This document shows positions 1 through 13,290 of a stretch of 64,000 bases of DNA, one piece after another. A program made the translations under genes and the position numbers. Every line of letters begins with the position of its first letter. Within the stretch, counting starts at the first letter, position 1. Origin of the DNA: Hemiscyllium ocellatum (taxonomy: Eukaryota); NCBI RefSeq assembly GCF_020745735.1, contig NC_083409.1, positions 19,984,341 through 20,048,340 of the forward strand. The letters run 5' to 3'. The notes beneath the pieces are model-generated. The model was not told the DNA's origin and searched no databases. It saw only the letters and a list, made by a program, of their open reading frames with translations.

Positions 1-839
1 GCTTATGCGTTCTGCTCCAGAGCGAGTCATGCTACTGGCAAAGAAGATTATGAACAGTAAGTTTGATTCAATCTACCACAGGGAAGATGTTGCCATTAAG
101 GTAGTTTCTTAAAATCAAAGCATAGATTTCGGATGACTGGCTCAATGAAGTTACTGCTACATCACCAGCACCCAATACACTTGCGAATGTCAAAGTTATG
201 TGGTGTTCAATGTTCCTTTCAATTACGATTGGAGATAAGTCACTTCCACACCTTTCAATGTGGTCCTCCGAAGTACAATGAGATCACAGGTGTATGGCTG
301 CTTCTTATATAAAGTCTGGAATTATTTCCAAGTTAATAATTAATCGCACACGGCAATCACTGAGTTATGTTCACATTAGTTAAATGGGCAGTTGATGAGC
401 ATACATCAATACAAGCTGTCATCAAGGAATAAACCTGTATTCCATTATCAACAGGGAAAATAACTTGTGCAACTAATCAACTGAGGAAGGTTGGAAGGAA
501 TCCTCTACTTTATTAAAAGTGATGATCATTCTCTGAGGACTGGGACGATAGCAACATGAACTGGTTGCATGCTCTTCCAAAGCACTGACAATTTAAAAAA
601 TCCACCTTAGCACTGTCTCCCCCCTTCCCCCCCCCCCCCCCCCACTGTCCAAACATCTTTGTGTTATTTATGCACACTCCACTCTCCCCTTCTGCACTTG
701 AAAGTGATGCGATGATTGTATCTGCTATTGTCCCATTAGGTAGAAGATTCCAGCTGACAACACCTCACCATGTAAAGGGAAATCGCTGCCATCTCACGCC
801 AAATCATTTTTAACAAATATCACTTTTTACATTTTAAAA

Positions 840-2215
840 ATATACTTTATTCATAAAAACCTTGTTTGCATACACATTCACAAATGCAGTAGCATATAAA
901 GCAAAAGACATTGGAATTCAATTCTCTGCAAACAAACTAAAGGCATTTTTTATTGGAGAAGACTATATTAACATGCATTTGACGCACTGGGAAGGTGCAA
1001 TAACTAAACGGACCCCAACTTAACTTCAGCAGAAGGACGTCTTTCCCCACTGTGCCTTGGCAGCAGCTGTTCCAGGCTTTACCGTATGCCTCAGCAAGCA
1101 GTTCTGGACCTCAGAAACTGCTAGCATGCACCTTTTGGTCGGACGCAATTCCTTGTTCTTAAAGTCCAACAAGTTTTAGGCATACCAAAGAGCTTCTTTC
1201 ACTTCATCTGATGAAGGAGCACTGCTCCAAACACTTGATTTCAAATAAACCCTGCTTTTGACTTTGTCCAGCCCAGTCCAACCCCGGCATCTCCATGTCA
1301 TGTCTTTCACTGATCATTCAGGCGCAGTCGTTGTGTGTCTCAGTGTGCTCCCAGGAACAGATCATAGAGCACAGAGTCCTGCATCATGGAGCTGCTTGGG
1401 ATGAACCTTGACAAAAAACTATGCATCTTTCTTCACACTTCCATTGGAAAGGCACATTCCAGCACGAGATGTGTGACTGTCTCATCCCCCCACAGCTGCT
1501 TCAAGGTCAACATGCAATGGCAGAGACGGACTGGGTGTACAGGAAGAAACTCACAGGTAGTATTCTTGTCACCATCAGCCAAGTGATGTCTTGGTCCTTG
1601 TTGGAAAGCTCTGGTGATGAGGCATTCTGCCAAATGACTGACAGTCGGCTCAGGGAACTGCATGGCAGGATTCACTCTTACCGATTACCACAGGGTCTCA
1701 AAGACACTATGTGCTGACCACTTCCTGATGGACTTGTGGTCAAAGGTGGCTTTCTTTGCAAATTTCTCCATGAAAGACGAGTGATACAGTACAGTCCAAC
1801 TAGTTGGAGCACCTTGCAGCAATGAGATCAGTCCCATTCTTTGAAACACCATTGAGAGGTAGAACCTCAGTACGTAGCGACACTTGGTGTTTACAAAGTG
1901 AGGGTCCATGTGCAGCATGATGCAGCTGCATACAAAGGTGGCCCTCGGGATGCAGGCAGAACTGGGTATATTTTCCGCATCTTATCCAGAATTATGTACA
2001 TGGTATCCCTGAGGACACAGTCCATCTTAGACCTCCAAATGAAATGGAAGATGAATGAGGTGACTGCAGTTTCAGGGAATGAGCAGACTTGCAAAATGTG
2101 CAACACAGAGAATACTTCACACCTGATGACTTGGTTTTTATCCTCAGTGGAGAGGGAGCAGTGTTCCCTGTTTCTGCTTCACTTTGGCAATGTTCATGGG
2201 CCTGTGGACTGATGG
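840..2215 (-). mobile_element. Tx1/L1-clade LINE, degenerate 3' part of ORF2 (zf-RVT-like C-terminus)
   Basis: Minus-strand fragments ...DETVTHLVLECAF..., KKATFDHKSIRKWSAHSVFETL and C-terminal ...AAAKAQWGKTSF resemble the Tx1-type ORF2 end; frameshifted; interrupted by a short Penelope-derived piece at about 1190-1300. Confidence 0.65.
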
Positions 2216-2272
2216 CAAATCTGAGTAGAACATGGTGACATTATGCATAACAGGGAGGCTTTGACCTGTAGC

Positions 2273-2563
2273 ATTAGATTCCCTACAGTGTGGAAACAGG
2301 CCTATCGGCCCAACCAACCCTCCAAAGAATAACCCACACAGACCCATTTCCCTCTGATAGATACACCAAGCACTATGGGCAATTTAACATGGCCAATTCA
2401 CCTGGCCTGCACATCTTTGGACTGTGGGAGGAAACTGGAGCACCCGCAGGGAATCCACGCAGACACGGGGAGAATGCGCAAACACCACACAAACACCACC
2501 ACACGAACCTGGGACCCTGATGCTGTGAGGCAGCAGTGCTAACCACTCAGCCACCATGCCACC
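2273..2563 (-). mobile_element. HE1-like tRNA-derived SINE (diverged copy)
   Basis: Reverse complement of the GGTGGC..AGTGGTTAGCACTGCTGCCTCACAGC head, CCTCCCACAGTCCAAAGATGTG core and GTTTCCACACTGTAGGGAATCTAAT tail seen in the young copies at 28234 and 60149. Confidence 0.85.
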
Positions 2564-2991
2564 TGCACTGCCTGGAATAGTCAGCCCTCTCAGGCTCGCG
2601 TTCTTCCTGAAGGACTCAGCAAAAAGCTCTATGCAACACACAAACAAGGCAGGAGAGAGTGAGCAGCCCGGCCTGACTCCAGATCACAGTGGGAAGCTTT
2701 CTGATTAACTGTCTCTTGTTACGTTTCTCTTTATTTTTAAAACTCATGTGTTGGAATATCTCCCCAGTTCAAAATAGAAGGAGTGTTGAGGAGTGCTCCT
2801 TTTTACCCGTGGGCTTATATTTATCCATCGAGCAGCAATCTTTGCTCATTATCACACTAATTGTGTTGCCTTCTTGTGGCCAAGTTGGTTTGAAGGCTTC
2901 TGAACTTACAGCTGAAACAACATCACCGTTTTCTTTAACTAATTCCGAGAGGTCATGAGACTGTGATTTGCTCTTTGGAAAAATTCATCTT

Positions 2992-4060
2992 CGATCCCCA
3001 CACCCAGCTACTCATGAACCCCACTGCCAGCTCCCCACAATCCCCACTCCCAACTCTGCGTGATCCCCACTCCCAGCTCCCCATGATCCCCATACCCAGC
3101 TACCCATTAAACACACACCCAGCTCCCCACGCCCCCTAACCCATCTACCCATGAACACCAATCCCAGCTCCCCACACAGAGCTATCCATGAACTCCACTG
3201 CCAATTCCCCATGATCCTCACACCAGACTCCGCGTGATCCCCATTCCCAGCTCCCCATGAACCCCATTCCCAACTCTGTGATCCCTAAACCCAGCTACCC
3301 TCCACTCCCAGGTCCCCACAATCCCCAAACCCAGCTACCCATGAACCCCACTGCTAGCTCCCCACGATCCTCACACCCAGCTATCCATGAACCCCACTCA
3401 CAGCTCCGCGTGATCCCCACTGCCCGTTCCCATGAACCCACCCCCAGCTCCCCACAATCCCCACACCCAACTCCTCACGATTCCTACATACAGCTCCCCA
3501 TGAACCCCATCACCAGTTCTCTGCTATCCCCACCCCCAGATCCATGTGAACCCCACTTCCAGTTCGCTATGATCCCCAGCCACAGCTCACGGTGAACCTC
3601 ATCCACAGCTTCCTCTGAACCACAGCCCCAGCTCCCTGTGAACCACAGCCCCAGCTCCCTGTGAACCTCTTTCCCAGTACCCACGAATCCCATGCCAGCT
3701 CGCTATAACCCATCCATCGTCCCCCATGAACCCCAGTCCCAGCATCCCCCCCCACATGATCCCCACACCAAGCTACTCATGAACCCCAGTCCCAGTCCAT
3801 GGTCCCCACTCCCAGCTCCGCGTAATTCCCACTCCCAGATCCCCACACCCAGCTCCCCACAATCCCCACACCCAACTACCCATGAACCCCCATCCCCGCT
3901 TCTCTGCTATCCCCACCCTCAACTCCCTGTGAACCCTATCGCCAGCTCCCTGCCAACTCCACCCCTATTTTCCATTCAATCACAGCCCCAGCTCCCTGTG
4001 AATCCTTTTCCCCAGTCCCCATGAACCCCATTCCCAGCTCCCCATTGTCTCCACCCCCAG
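2992..4060. repeat. Degenerate C-rich minisatellite (units like CCCAGCTCCCCATGAACCCCACT)
   Basis: About 1.07 kb of imperfect tandem units with strong C-over-G skew on the + strand; the Pro-rich ORFs here are translation artefacts. Confidence 0.9.
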
Positions 4061-4849
4061 CTGCCTGTTTTAACTCACCAAACCTCCTCTAACAGCACCT
4101 TTCAATCCCATCTGCCATTGGGAAAGACAAGGACAGCTGGGTAATGACAACACCAACACCAATGCCGAAAAGATTCCTCTCCCCCCAACACCGCCCCCTC
4201 CCCCCCCCACCTCATATGGGCAATAGGAGTGTGCTGGGGAAGTTATGCTCTCATTCCACAAGCACAAAAATGTAACCTATCTTTTAAAGTGTAACAAAAT
4301 GAAACGTACATTTGAATATGACAAAATGTTTACTTTGCCAGAAAAGTCAATACACCTTTGGTTGCACTGGTAATGTGTTCACACTCACATACAATAATCA
4401 GAATTAACAGGTTCAGAATGTGTCTCAAACATAATCAGTGACAGATGCAAAATTAATCCACATTCACAAACTACAACACTGCAACAGTAGGTAAGAATTT
4501 ATTTCACTCGCTTTTGAAACAATCGGCTGACGGTTTTCATATAACCTTGTAACTATTGACTGGAATTACATAACCTAGTAAAAGGTCATCCACAAAGTCA
4601 GCATTTCTAAGCACACCAATCTCTGTCCAATTCATATGAACAATTCTTTTCTGTTATGACCCTTTCTGCAGTGTCAATGGGCTGAATGGCTTCTATGTGC
4701 ACTGCAGGGTTGTCATAATGTTATACCAAAGTAATGCAAGAATATCAGAAATATATTGTGCTTTAATTTTAATTTGACTACGATAACAGACCGAAACAAT
4801 ATTTGCTCACCACTGAGCTACTCTTGGATTATAGATGTTTTTAGAACAT

Positions 4850-6000
4850 GGCACCAAATTAAACTAATCCCTCTCCCCTGCCCTTGGTCCATATCCTTCC
4901 ATTCCTTGCATATTCATGTGCTTATCTAAAATTCCCTTCAATGCTGCAATATCTGCCTCCACCACTATACCTGACAGTGCAATCCAGACTCCTATCATTC
5001 TCTGTAAAATACTTGCCCCTCACACCTTCTTTGAACTTTCCCCTTCTCACCTTAACTGCATGCTCCCTCATGAGACATATACAGTCTGAGAAAGAGATTT
5101 TGACCATCAACCCTGTCTATGCATCTCATAATTTTATAGACTTCTTTCAAATCTCCCTTCAGCCTCCACCACTCCAGAGAAAACACCCGAGTTTTTCTAG
5201 CCTCTCCTTATAGCTCATACCCTCTCATCCAGGCAGCATCCTGGTAAACCTCTTCTGCACCCTCTCCAAAGCCTTCCTCATCCTTCCAGAATTGAACACA
5301 ATACTTCAGTGTGGCCTAACAAAATTCATATCAAGCTGCAACATGGCATCCTGACTCTTGCACTCAATTCCCTGACCAATGAAATCAACAATGCCATATG
5401 TCTTCTTTACCACGTTATCTACCTGCGTGTCCACTTTCAGGGAGCTATGGACTTGAACATTTCTCTGTACTTCAGTGTTGTTCAGGGTCCTGCCATTAAC
5501 TATTATTTTCTTGAACATTTAATCTCCCAAAGTGCGACATCTCATACTTATCTGGATTAAACTCCATCTACCATCTGCAACTGGTCGATATCTCACTGTA
5601 TCCTTTGATAGCTTTCTACACTATCCAAAATTCCACTAATCTGTGTGTCATCTGCAAACATACTCACCCACTGATCTACATTTCCTTCTAAATCATGTAT
5701 ATGTATCACAAACAGCAGAGGTTCCACTACAGATCCCTGTGGAACACTACTAGTCATAGACCTCCAGCCAGAAAAACACCCTTCAACCACTACCCTCTGC
5801 TTTCTATGGGCAAGCTAATTATGAATCCACTTGGCTAAGTCACCATGGATCACACGCATCTTAATTTTCTGGAGGAGTTTACCATAAGGTACCTTGTTGA
5901 AAGCCTTACTAAGTCCATGTCATCAACATTCACTGCTCTACCCTCATCGATCACCTTTGTCACCTCCTTGAAAAATGCAACCGACGTAGTAAGACATGAC
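4850..6000 (-). mobile_element. CR1 LINE fragment (RT and 3' region)
   Basis: ORF pieces SSVPQGSVVEPLLFVIHIHDL..MFADDT, SQRGFLQGTSCLT, VDNVVKKTYGIVDFIGQGIE. Confidence 0.9.
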
Positions 6001-6279
6001 GTGCCCTGCAGAAAGCCACGCTGACTCCCCCTAATTAGCTTTTCCAAATATTGTCCCTGATAAGGCCATGCTTTTCTAAATTCTACAATAACGACCAATA
6101 AATCTGGATCTCCTTCCCATGTGACCCTCCAATACAGACTGGTAAACATGGATCTCCTTCTCAGTGAACATCCAACATACACTGGTAAACTTGGATCTCA
6201 GGATGGCAGGGGAACCCTGAACTCTATTTCCTAATCATGCTGCTGTATTTAAATAAATTATTTAAATTCATTCACAGTA

Positions 6280-6760
6280 TGTGGCTGTCATTGTCTGAGC
6301 CAGTCTTTATTGATTATCCTTAGTTGCCCTTGAGAAAGTAGTGATGAGCTGCCTCCTTGAACTGACGCAATCCATGTGCTGTGGGTAAGTCCACAATGTC
6401 CTTAAGGAGGGAATTTCAGGATTTTGACCAAGCCACAGTGAAGGAACAGCAACATGTATCCAAGTCAGGATAGAATTTGCAAGAGGTGGTGCTCCCATGT
6501 ACCTGTTGCCCTTGACCTTCTAGGTGAAAGTGTTCATGGGTTTGCAAGGTGCTGTCTGCAGAACTTTGATGCATTTGTACAATGTGTCTTGTAGATATGA
6601 AAGAGTGTTGCGACTGAGCATCAGTGGTGGAGGGAGTAGATGTTTGTACATGTGGTGCCAATCAAGCAGGCTGCTTTGTCCTGTATTAAGCTTCTTGAGT
6701 GTTGTTAGAGCTGTACCAACCAGTCCTGACTTGCGCCATGAAGCAAGTTTTAAAACATTG
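6280..6760 (-). mobile_element. L2/CR1-clade LINE 3' fragment
   Basis: Minus frames read ...WNSLP-like SQNPEIPSLRTLW and RRQLITTFSRATKDNQ, similar to the tail at about 14000-14270. Confidence 0.6.
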
Positions 6761-7559
6761 GGACAGATTTTACAGAGTGATGATGGCTCCTGTCATTGAA
6801 TGCCCTGCTGACACAGCCCAGCTTTCCACATATTGAACGGGAAAGTTGATGAGGTAGGAATGTACTGTTTGTGCTCACAGAGCTGTCCCCTAGCATAAGT
6901 GTCCCTCAGGTGGGGAGAAGGAATGTTCAGAGCCCTGAGCCCCAATTCCCAGCCCGGGCAGTTTGTCTCCCAACAATGAATGAGATGCCAATTTGGAGCC
7001 CAGGTTCAGGGCAGTCTCTGCTGTGGACCCAAGTCTACAAGCGGCAATTGGAGTTTGAGCTGAAAAGATTTACTGAGTTATGGGGAGACAGAGCAGCAGT
7101 GGGACTAATTGGGTCACTCACAGCCACGATGGGCTGAATGGCCTCCTCCTGTGCTGTAAGATTCCAGGGAGTACAGATAGTTCACAGTTTTGTCCCGTCT
7201 CATTAACAAACGTCCAGCTGCTCCTTTCACTTCCTCTGTTGGTGAAATTTCAACCTTGCGATCTGACAGTCTTTGCAGTTTTTTTTTACACTAGGGCTTT
7301 CTGCTGTGGTCAGAATCTCTAATAATAAGTGTCCAATCAGTGACAATCACAGCAGCTAAGAGCAGTCAGGACTGAGGAGCGAGGCTCACTGAGAAACACA
7401 TTGGGAAGATCAAAGCCATCTTCTTCAGCTCATGATACAAACTCCATCCCTCTCCCTGAGCAGTGTCTGCAGCTCAGCCATGTCTTTACAACTGTGGCCT
7501 CATCTTTGAGGCTAATCTGTGGCCCACATTACAAAGATGAGCCACTGAAAACCCTAGTC

Positions 7560-8480
7560 ATGTCTTTGGAACTCGAAACATGATCATTTCAATGTTAACC
7601 TGGCCCACATCACAGCCAATCCCCTCCATAAATGTCAGCTCATCCCAAACTCTGCTGAGTGTATCTGAAGTTGCACCAAGTCCCATTCCCCGATTTTCCC
7701 TGTGCTCACTAACCGACATTGACCTCCGGTCAGCAATACCTCAATATTCAAACTCTGATCCTTGTTCTTAAGCATGCTCTCTGTCCTCCACCCTCCCTCT
7801 TTCTGTAGTCTCCTCAGAACCACCTCATTCATGATATCTTTTCAGAAAAAGGCCCATTTATTCCTACTCTTTATTTCCTATCTGCCAACCAGTTTCCTAT
7901 CCATGTCAGTGCACTGCCTCCAATCCTACGTTCCTTACTTTTATTTGCTAATCTTTTCTGTGGGATTTATCAAAAACCTTTTGAAAGTCCAAATAAGTTA
8001 CATCCACTGGCTCCCCCTTAGCAAATCCACTCATCAAATCCTTAAACATTTCCAGTCGATTTGTTATGCAAGATTTCCCTTTTGACAGTCCATACTGATA
8101 CTGTCTAATCCTGAGATAGTTTTCCATGGAGTCAGCTATTGAATCTTTGATCATGGACTCACGTATTTTCCCCAATAACAGGGTCAGGCTGACTGATCTA
8201 AAATTCCCAGTTATCTCTTTCCCTCTCTTTATAAATGGTGATGTTACGTTAACTCTTCACTCTGTTTTAAGTGTTCCAAAACCAATAGAATCTTGGAAGA
8301 TGACCACCTAAATTTCCTGGCATCTTCTGAAGTACTCTGGGATGTAGATTATTCTTCCCTGTGGATTTATATAATTTCCCCAAAACAACTTCACTCATAA
8401 AACTGATTTTCTCTAGTTCCTCCCTCATTCTAGACCCTATGAACCCAAAATGATTGGAGTGTATTTGAATCTTCCTTTTT
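7560..8480 (-). mobile_element. CR1 LINE RT fragment
   Basis: LRIRQYQYGLSKGKSCITNRLEMFKDLMSGFAKGEPVDVTYLDFQKVFDK. Confidence 0.85.
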
Positions 8481-8499
8481 ATACAAAGATCCAGAATAC

Positions 8500-9210
8500 G
8501 TAATGGTAAGGTCTCAGGGAGTGTTGCTGAACAAAGAGACTTTGGAGTGCAGGTTTAGCTCCTTGAAAGTGGAGTCGCAGGCTAGATAGAATAGTGAAGG
8601 AGGCATTTGGTATGCTTTCCTTTATTAGTCAGAGTATTGAGTACAGGAGTTGGGAGATCATGTTGCAGCTGCACAGGACATTGGTTAGGCCATTTTTGGA
8701 ATGCTGTGTGCAATTCTGGTCTCCTTCCAATCAGAAAGATGTTGTGAAACTTTAAATGGTTCAGAAAACATTTACGAGGATGGAGGATTTGAGCTATAGG
8801 GAGGTTGGATAGGTTGGGGCTGTTTTCTCTGGAGCGGCGGAGGCCGAGGGGTTAAAATATCGAGGTTTATAAAATCATGACAAGCATGGATTGGATAAAT
8901 CGACAAAGATTTTTTTCCCTGTGGTGGAGGAGTCCAGAGCTAGAGGCATAGGTTTAGGGTGAGAGGAGAAAGGTATAAAGAGACCTAAGGGCAACCTTTT
9001 CAAGCAGAGAGTGGTACATGTATGGAATGAGCTGCCAGAGGCAGTGGTACAGGCTAGTACCATTGCAACATTTAAAAGGCATCTGGATGAATGTATGAAG
9101 AGGAATGGTTTGGAGGCATATGGGCCAGGTGCTGGCTGGTGGGACTAGATTGGGTTGTGATATCTGGTCTGCATGATCAGGTTGGACCAAAGGGTCTGTC
9201 TCTGACTCTG
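8500..9210 (+). mobile_element. CR1 LINE 3' fragment
   Basis: Typical CR1 ORF2 end (GGCAACCTTTTCAAGCAGAGAGTGGTACATGTATGGAATGAGCTGCCAGAGG) and 3' UTR. Confidence 0.85.
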
Positions 9211-10589
9211 TATTTATTAATTCTGCTATTTATTTGTTCCAAAAATAATTTTATCATTCCTAATTGTAGTGTTCTCAAATATTTTCTGGAAGTTCATATG
9301 AGCAACATCCATCAAGATTCCCTTATCTCCCACATTAGTGACGTCTTTCAAAAATGAAACAAGGTTAGTTAAAGATATCTAATCTCTTTTAATTGGAAAG
9401 ATCAGTGTTTAACAGAAGCGGTTGAGTGCCAGAATATTTTTGATGCAGAAGGATTGATGAGCATCGGGGAAGGGGATTCATGCTCCATTCTTTGATGTCA
9501 GACTGTGATGCTGTTGTTTGCTGGCACTGACACTGTGATATTGATTGCAATGTCACTCAGTGTGACAGGAGGTAACATGGCTTGATCAGTGGTGGGGAGG
9601 AGCAGACTGAATAAGGAGCTGGACGTTTATTACGGACACGGGAGAAAACTGCACTGCCTACACTCCCTGGAATCTGACAGCACAGAAGGCCATTCAGCCC
9701 ATCGTGCCTGTGAGTGACCCAATTAGTCACTGTTCCTCTCTCCCTATAACCGAGCAAATCTTTCCTTTCTAGCTTAATTTCCAATTGCCTCTTTTAGACC
9801 TGGATACAGCAGAGACTGCCCCTAACCTGGGTTCCAAATTGGCATCACATTCATTCACTGGGAGACAAACTGCCTGGGCTGGGAAATGGAGCTCAGGACC
9901 CTCTCCCCTCCTGAAAGACACTTCCTGCTGTGGGATAGTTCTATGGACCCCAGAAATACATTCCTACCTCACCAACTTCCCCATTCTGTGTGGAGAAAGC
10001 TGTAGGCTGTCAGCAGGACATTCAACTGCAGAAACCATCATCATGTTAACCAATTCTCACCACTCTCGCCTTCCATAACCATTCAAATCATTACAGATAT
10101 AAAATGTGTCCATCTCCATCTTGATATACAACAGGGAGGTGGGACAAGCAGGAATAAGGGTCTCTGTGTTCAAGGAGCTGAGGTACCACAGAGCCGGTCA
10201 ATGTTGTGGAGATGGAAATAAGAGACCTACATGATGGAGACGACGTGGGGTTTGAAGCTTAGGTACTGGAGGGTGCAGTGGGAAGGAAGCCCATGTGCAC
10301 TGGTTTCTATTGGAGGGTCCACAGGGAAGGAGGCCAATGTTTACTGCTATCTATTGAAGGATCCAATGGGAAGGAGGTCATTGTTTACATAATCATAGAG
10401 TCATTGAGTTACACAGAATAGAAACTTGCCCTTTGGCCAAATTCGTCCATGTCAACCTGGTTTTCTCAACTAAATCAGAACCACCTGCCTATTTTTTGTT
10501 CTATATCCCTCTAAACCTTTCCTCTCCATGTACCTGTTCAAATGCCTTTTAACATGTTTTAGTCTCCAGTTCCTCACAGAAGGTGTGAG

Positions 10590-11040
10590 GGAACTAAAGC
10601 TGGGGTTGGATGAACTTTGAATCATTTGGCAGGCTGAGGGGGTGATAGAGAGGAATTATAGGGAGGTAGTTACACCTAAATTAAAGGATAAAGGTGTCTG
10701 GGTGACTGTCAGGAGAGGGAAAGGGAATAGGCAGACAGTGTAGGAATCCTCTGTGGCCTTTCCCTTCAATAATAAGTTTACTGCTTTGGATATTGTTGGG
10801 GGTCAACCTATAAAGGGGAAAGCCACAGCGGTCAGGTCTCTGACACAGAGCCTGGCTCTGTGACTCAGAAGGAAAGAGGAGAGAATTGGAGAGTGATGTT
10901 GATCGGAGAGTCAATGGTTAGAGGAGCAGACAGGAGATTCTGCGGTCGTGAGTGAGACTCCTGGAGAGCATGTTGTCTCCCAGGTGCCAGGGTCAGGTAT
11001 GGGTCGAAATGAGAAACAGGAAAGGAGCAGTCACTTTGTT
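10590..11040 (+). mobile_element. CR1 ORF1 (esterase region) fragment
   Basis: Similar to the ORF1 region of the long CR1 at 17945-18800 (GTGATGTTGATCGGAGAGTCAATGGTTAGAGGAGCAGACAGGAGATTC...TGTTGTCTCCCAGGTGCCAGGGTC). Confidence 0.7.
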
Positions 11041-11329
11041 GGGAGTTTTCTACAGACCCCCTCAAAAGCTCACTCAACTGAACTGTTCATATTATGGATG
11101 AGCATATAATATTCTGCAGCAGCAAGTGTACAAGTTTTATGTCAAAGCAACCTTCAGCCATCATTTCCTCTTTAAAAATAATGATCCATTCTCTTTCTTT
11201 TTCATATACAAAATAAACAGATCAACTTCATTAGAAATGCACTTTTTAAAAAAAAAGACATTAAACTCCAGATAGTTCTGGCCATGAAATATTTTATCTC
11301 AAAAGGTTGATTGAGCATGGGGATTAAAA

Positions 11330-12060
11330 CGCATGGAGTCACAGAGTCAGTTATGCAACAGACCCAACTCATCTGCACCAACCAGATATCCCAATGTGAC
11401 CTAGTTCCAGTTTGCCAGAATTTAGCCCATATCCTTCTCCACCCTGCCTATTCATGTACCCATCCCGGTGCCTTTTAAAAGTTAAAAGAGAAATGTAATT
11501 GAACCCCCTTCTGGCAACTCATTGCATGTATGCAGCACCCTCTGCCTGAGAAAGTTACCCCTCAGGCCCTTTTTAAATCTTCCCCTCTCAGCTTAAACCC
11601 ATGCCCTCTAGTTTACAACTCCCCTGCCCTAGGAAAAAAATCTTCGTGATTCACCCTATCCGTGCCCCTCATGATTTTATAAACCTCTACAAAAACCCTT
11701 CAGCCTCCAATCCTCCAGGGGAACAATGCTTCAGTCTATTCAGCCTCTCATTGTAACTCAGTCCTGGCAACATCCTCGTAAATGTTTTCTGCACTCTCTT
11801 AAGTTTAACGTCCTTTGTATAGAAAAGCGATCAGAACTGTATGCAGTATTCTAGAAGTGGCCGAACCAATGTCCTGTACAGCTGCAACATTACGCCTCAA
11901 TCCCTGCAGTCAATCTTCTAACCAATGAAGGCAAGCATGCCAAATGCCTTCTTCACCACCCTTTCTACCTGCAACTCCGCTTTCAAGGAACTATGCGCCT
12001 GCATCCCGAGGTCTCTATTTTTCAGTGACACTCCCCAGGACCCGACCATTAACTGTATAA
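11330..12060 (-). mobile_element. CR1 LINE 3' fragment
   Basis: Reverse complement of the same CR1 3' region as 8500-9210. Confidence 0.8.
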
Positions 12061-12389
12061 ACTAGTGACTGGACGGAGAACTTTAAAAACAAGATTTGAA
12101 AGAGAACTTTATAAACGAAGATGCTTGAACTGCATGGAGGAAGAAATGTTATCACTTGTGAGGCTGACCTGAACAGAAAGTCAACATTAATGGATCAAAT
12201 CAGAAATTCAAAACAAAACATTCTTACCTAAGAAAGCATAGAAATTGTTAGTCCCGGCAATGCTTAAGTTGAATAGTATGAACCTGTTTAAGCGGAAACT
12301 GGATAAGTACCTCTGGGAGAAACATACAGAAGGATGCACTGATGGGATGAGACAAAGTGGGAGTAGACTTGCATGGAGACTAAATAACT

Positions 12390-13290
12390 GCTAAATTGGA
12401 GGTGCAGTGGACAGTCAAGAAGGTTCATAATACAAAAAGATCTTGATCAGATGGGCTGACGAGTGGCAGATGTCGTTTAATTTACATAAATGTGAGGTGC
12501 TGCATTTTGTAAAGCCAAATCAGGTCAGGACTTCAATAGTAAACTCAATAGTAAAGTCCTGGTGAGTGTTGCTGAACAAAAAGACCTTGGAGGGCAGGTC
12601 CATAGTTCCTTGAAAGTGGAGTCACAGGTAGACAGGATAGTGAAGGCAGCGTTTGGTATGCTTATCTTTACTGGACAGAGCATTGAGCATAGGAGTTCAG
12701 AGGTCATGTTGTAGCTGTGCAGGACACTGACTTGACCTCTTTTAGAATACCTCGTGTGCAATTCTGGACTCCCTGTTCTCCGAAGGATGTTGTGAATTTT
12801 GAAAGGATGATGCAAAGATTTACAAGGATGTTGCCAGGGTTTGGAGGGGTTTCTGCTATAGGAAGAGGAAGAATTGGTTTTGAACTTTTTCCCTGGAGCA
12901 AAGGAGGCTGAGAGGCGACTGTGTAAAGATTTCTAAACTCATGAGGGGTATGGATAGGGTAAATAGACAAGTCTTTTCCCTGGTGTAAGCAACTCTAAAA
13001 CGAGAGGGCAAAGGTGAGAGGGAAAACATTTAGAAGGAGCCGAACAGGTAACTTTTTCATGCAAAGGGTAGTGTGTTTATGGAATGAGCTGCCAGAGGAA
13101 GTGGAGGAGGCTGGCATAATCACGATATTTGAAAGGCATCTGGATGCGTATATGAATAGGAAATGTTTCAAAGGGAAATTGGCTAAATGCTGGTGAATGG
13201 GACTAGATTTTACCTCGGATAACTGGTCAGCATGGGCAAGTTGGATTGAAAGGTCATTTTTTGAGCTGTCCATCTCTGACTCCAAGAGAA
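12390..13290 (+). mobile_element. CR1 LINE 3' fragment
   Basis: VVNFERMMQRFTRMLPG and TGNFFMQRVVCLWNELPEEVEEAG. Confidence 0.85.

Noticed and set aside
3012-4024. Several Pro/Ser- or Gly/Trp-rich ORFs of 60-112 aa
   Set aside because: Translations of the minisatellite; no splice or start context.
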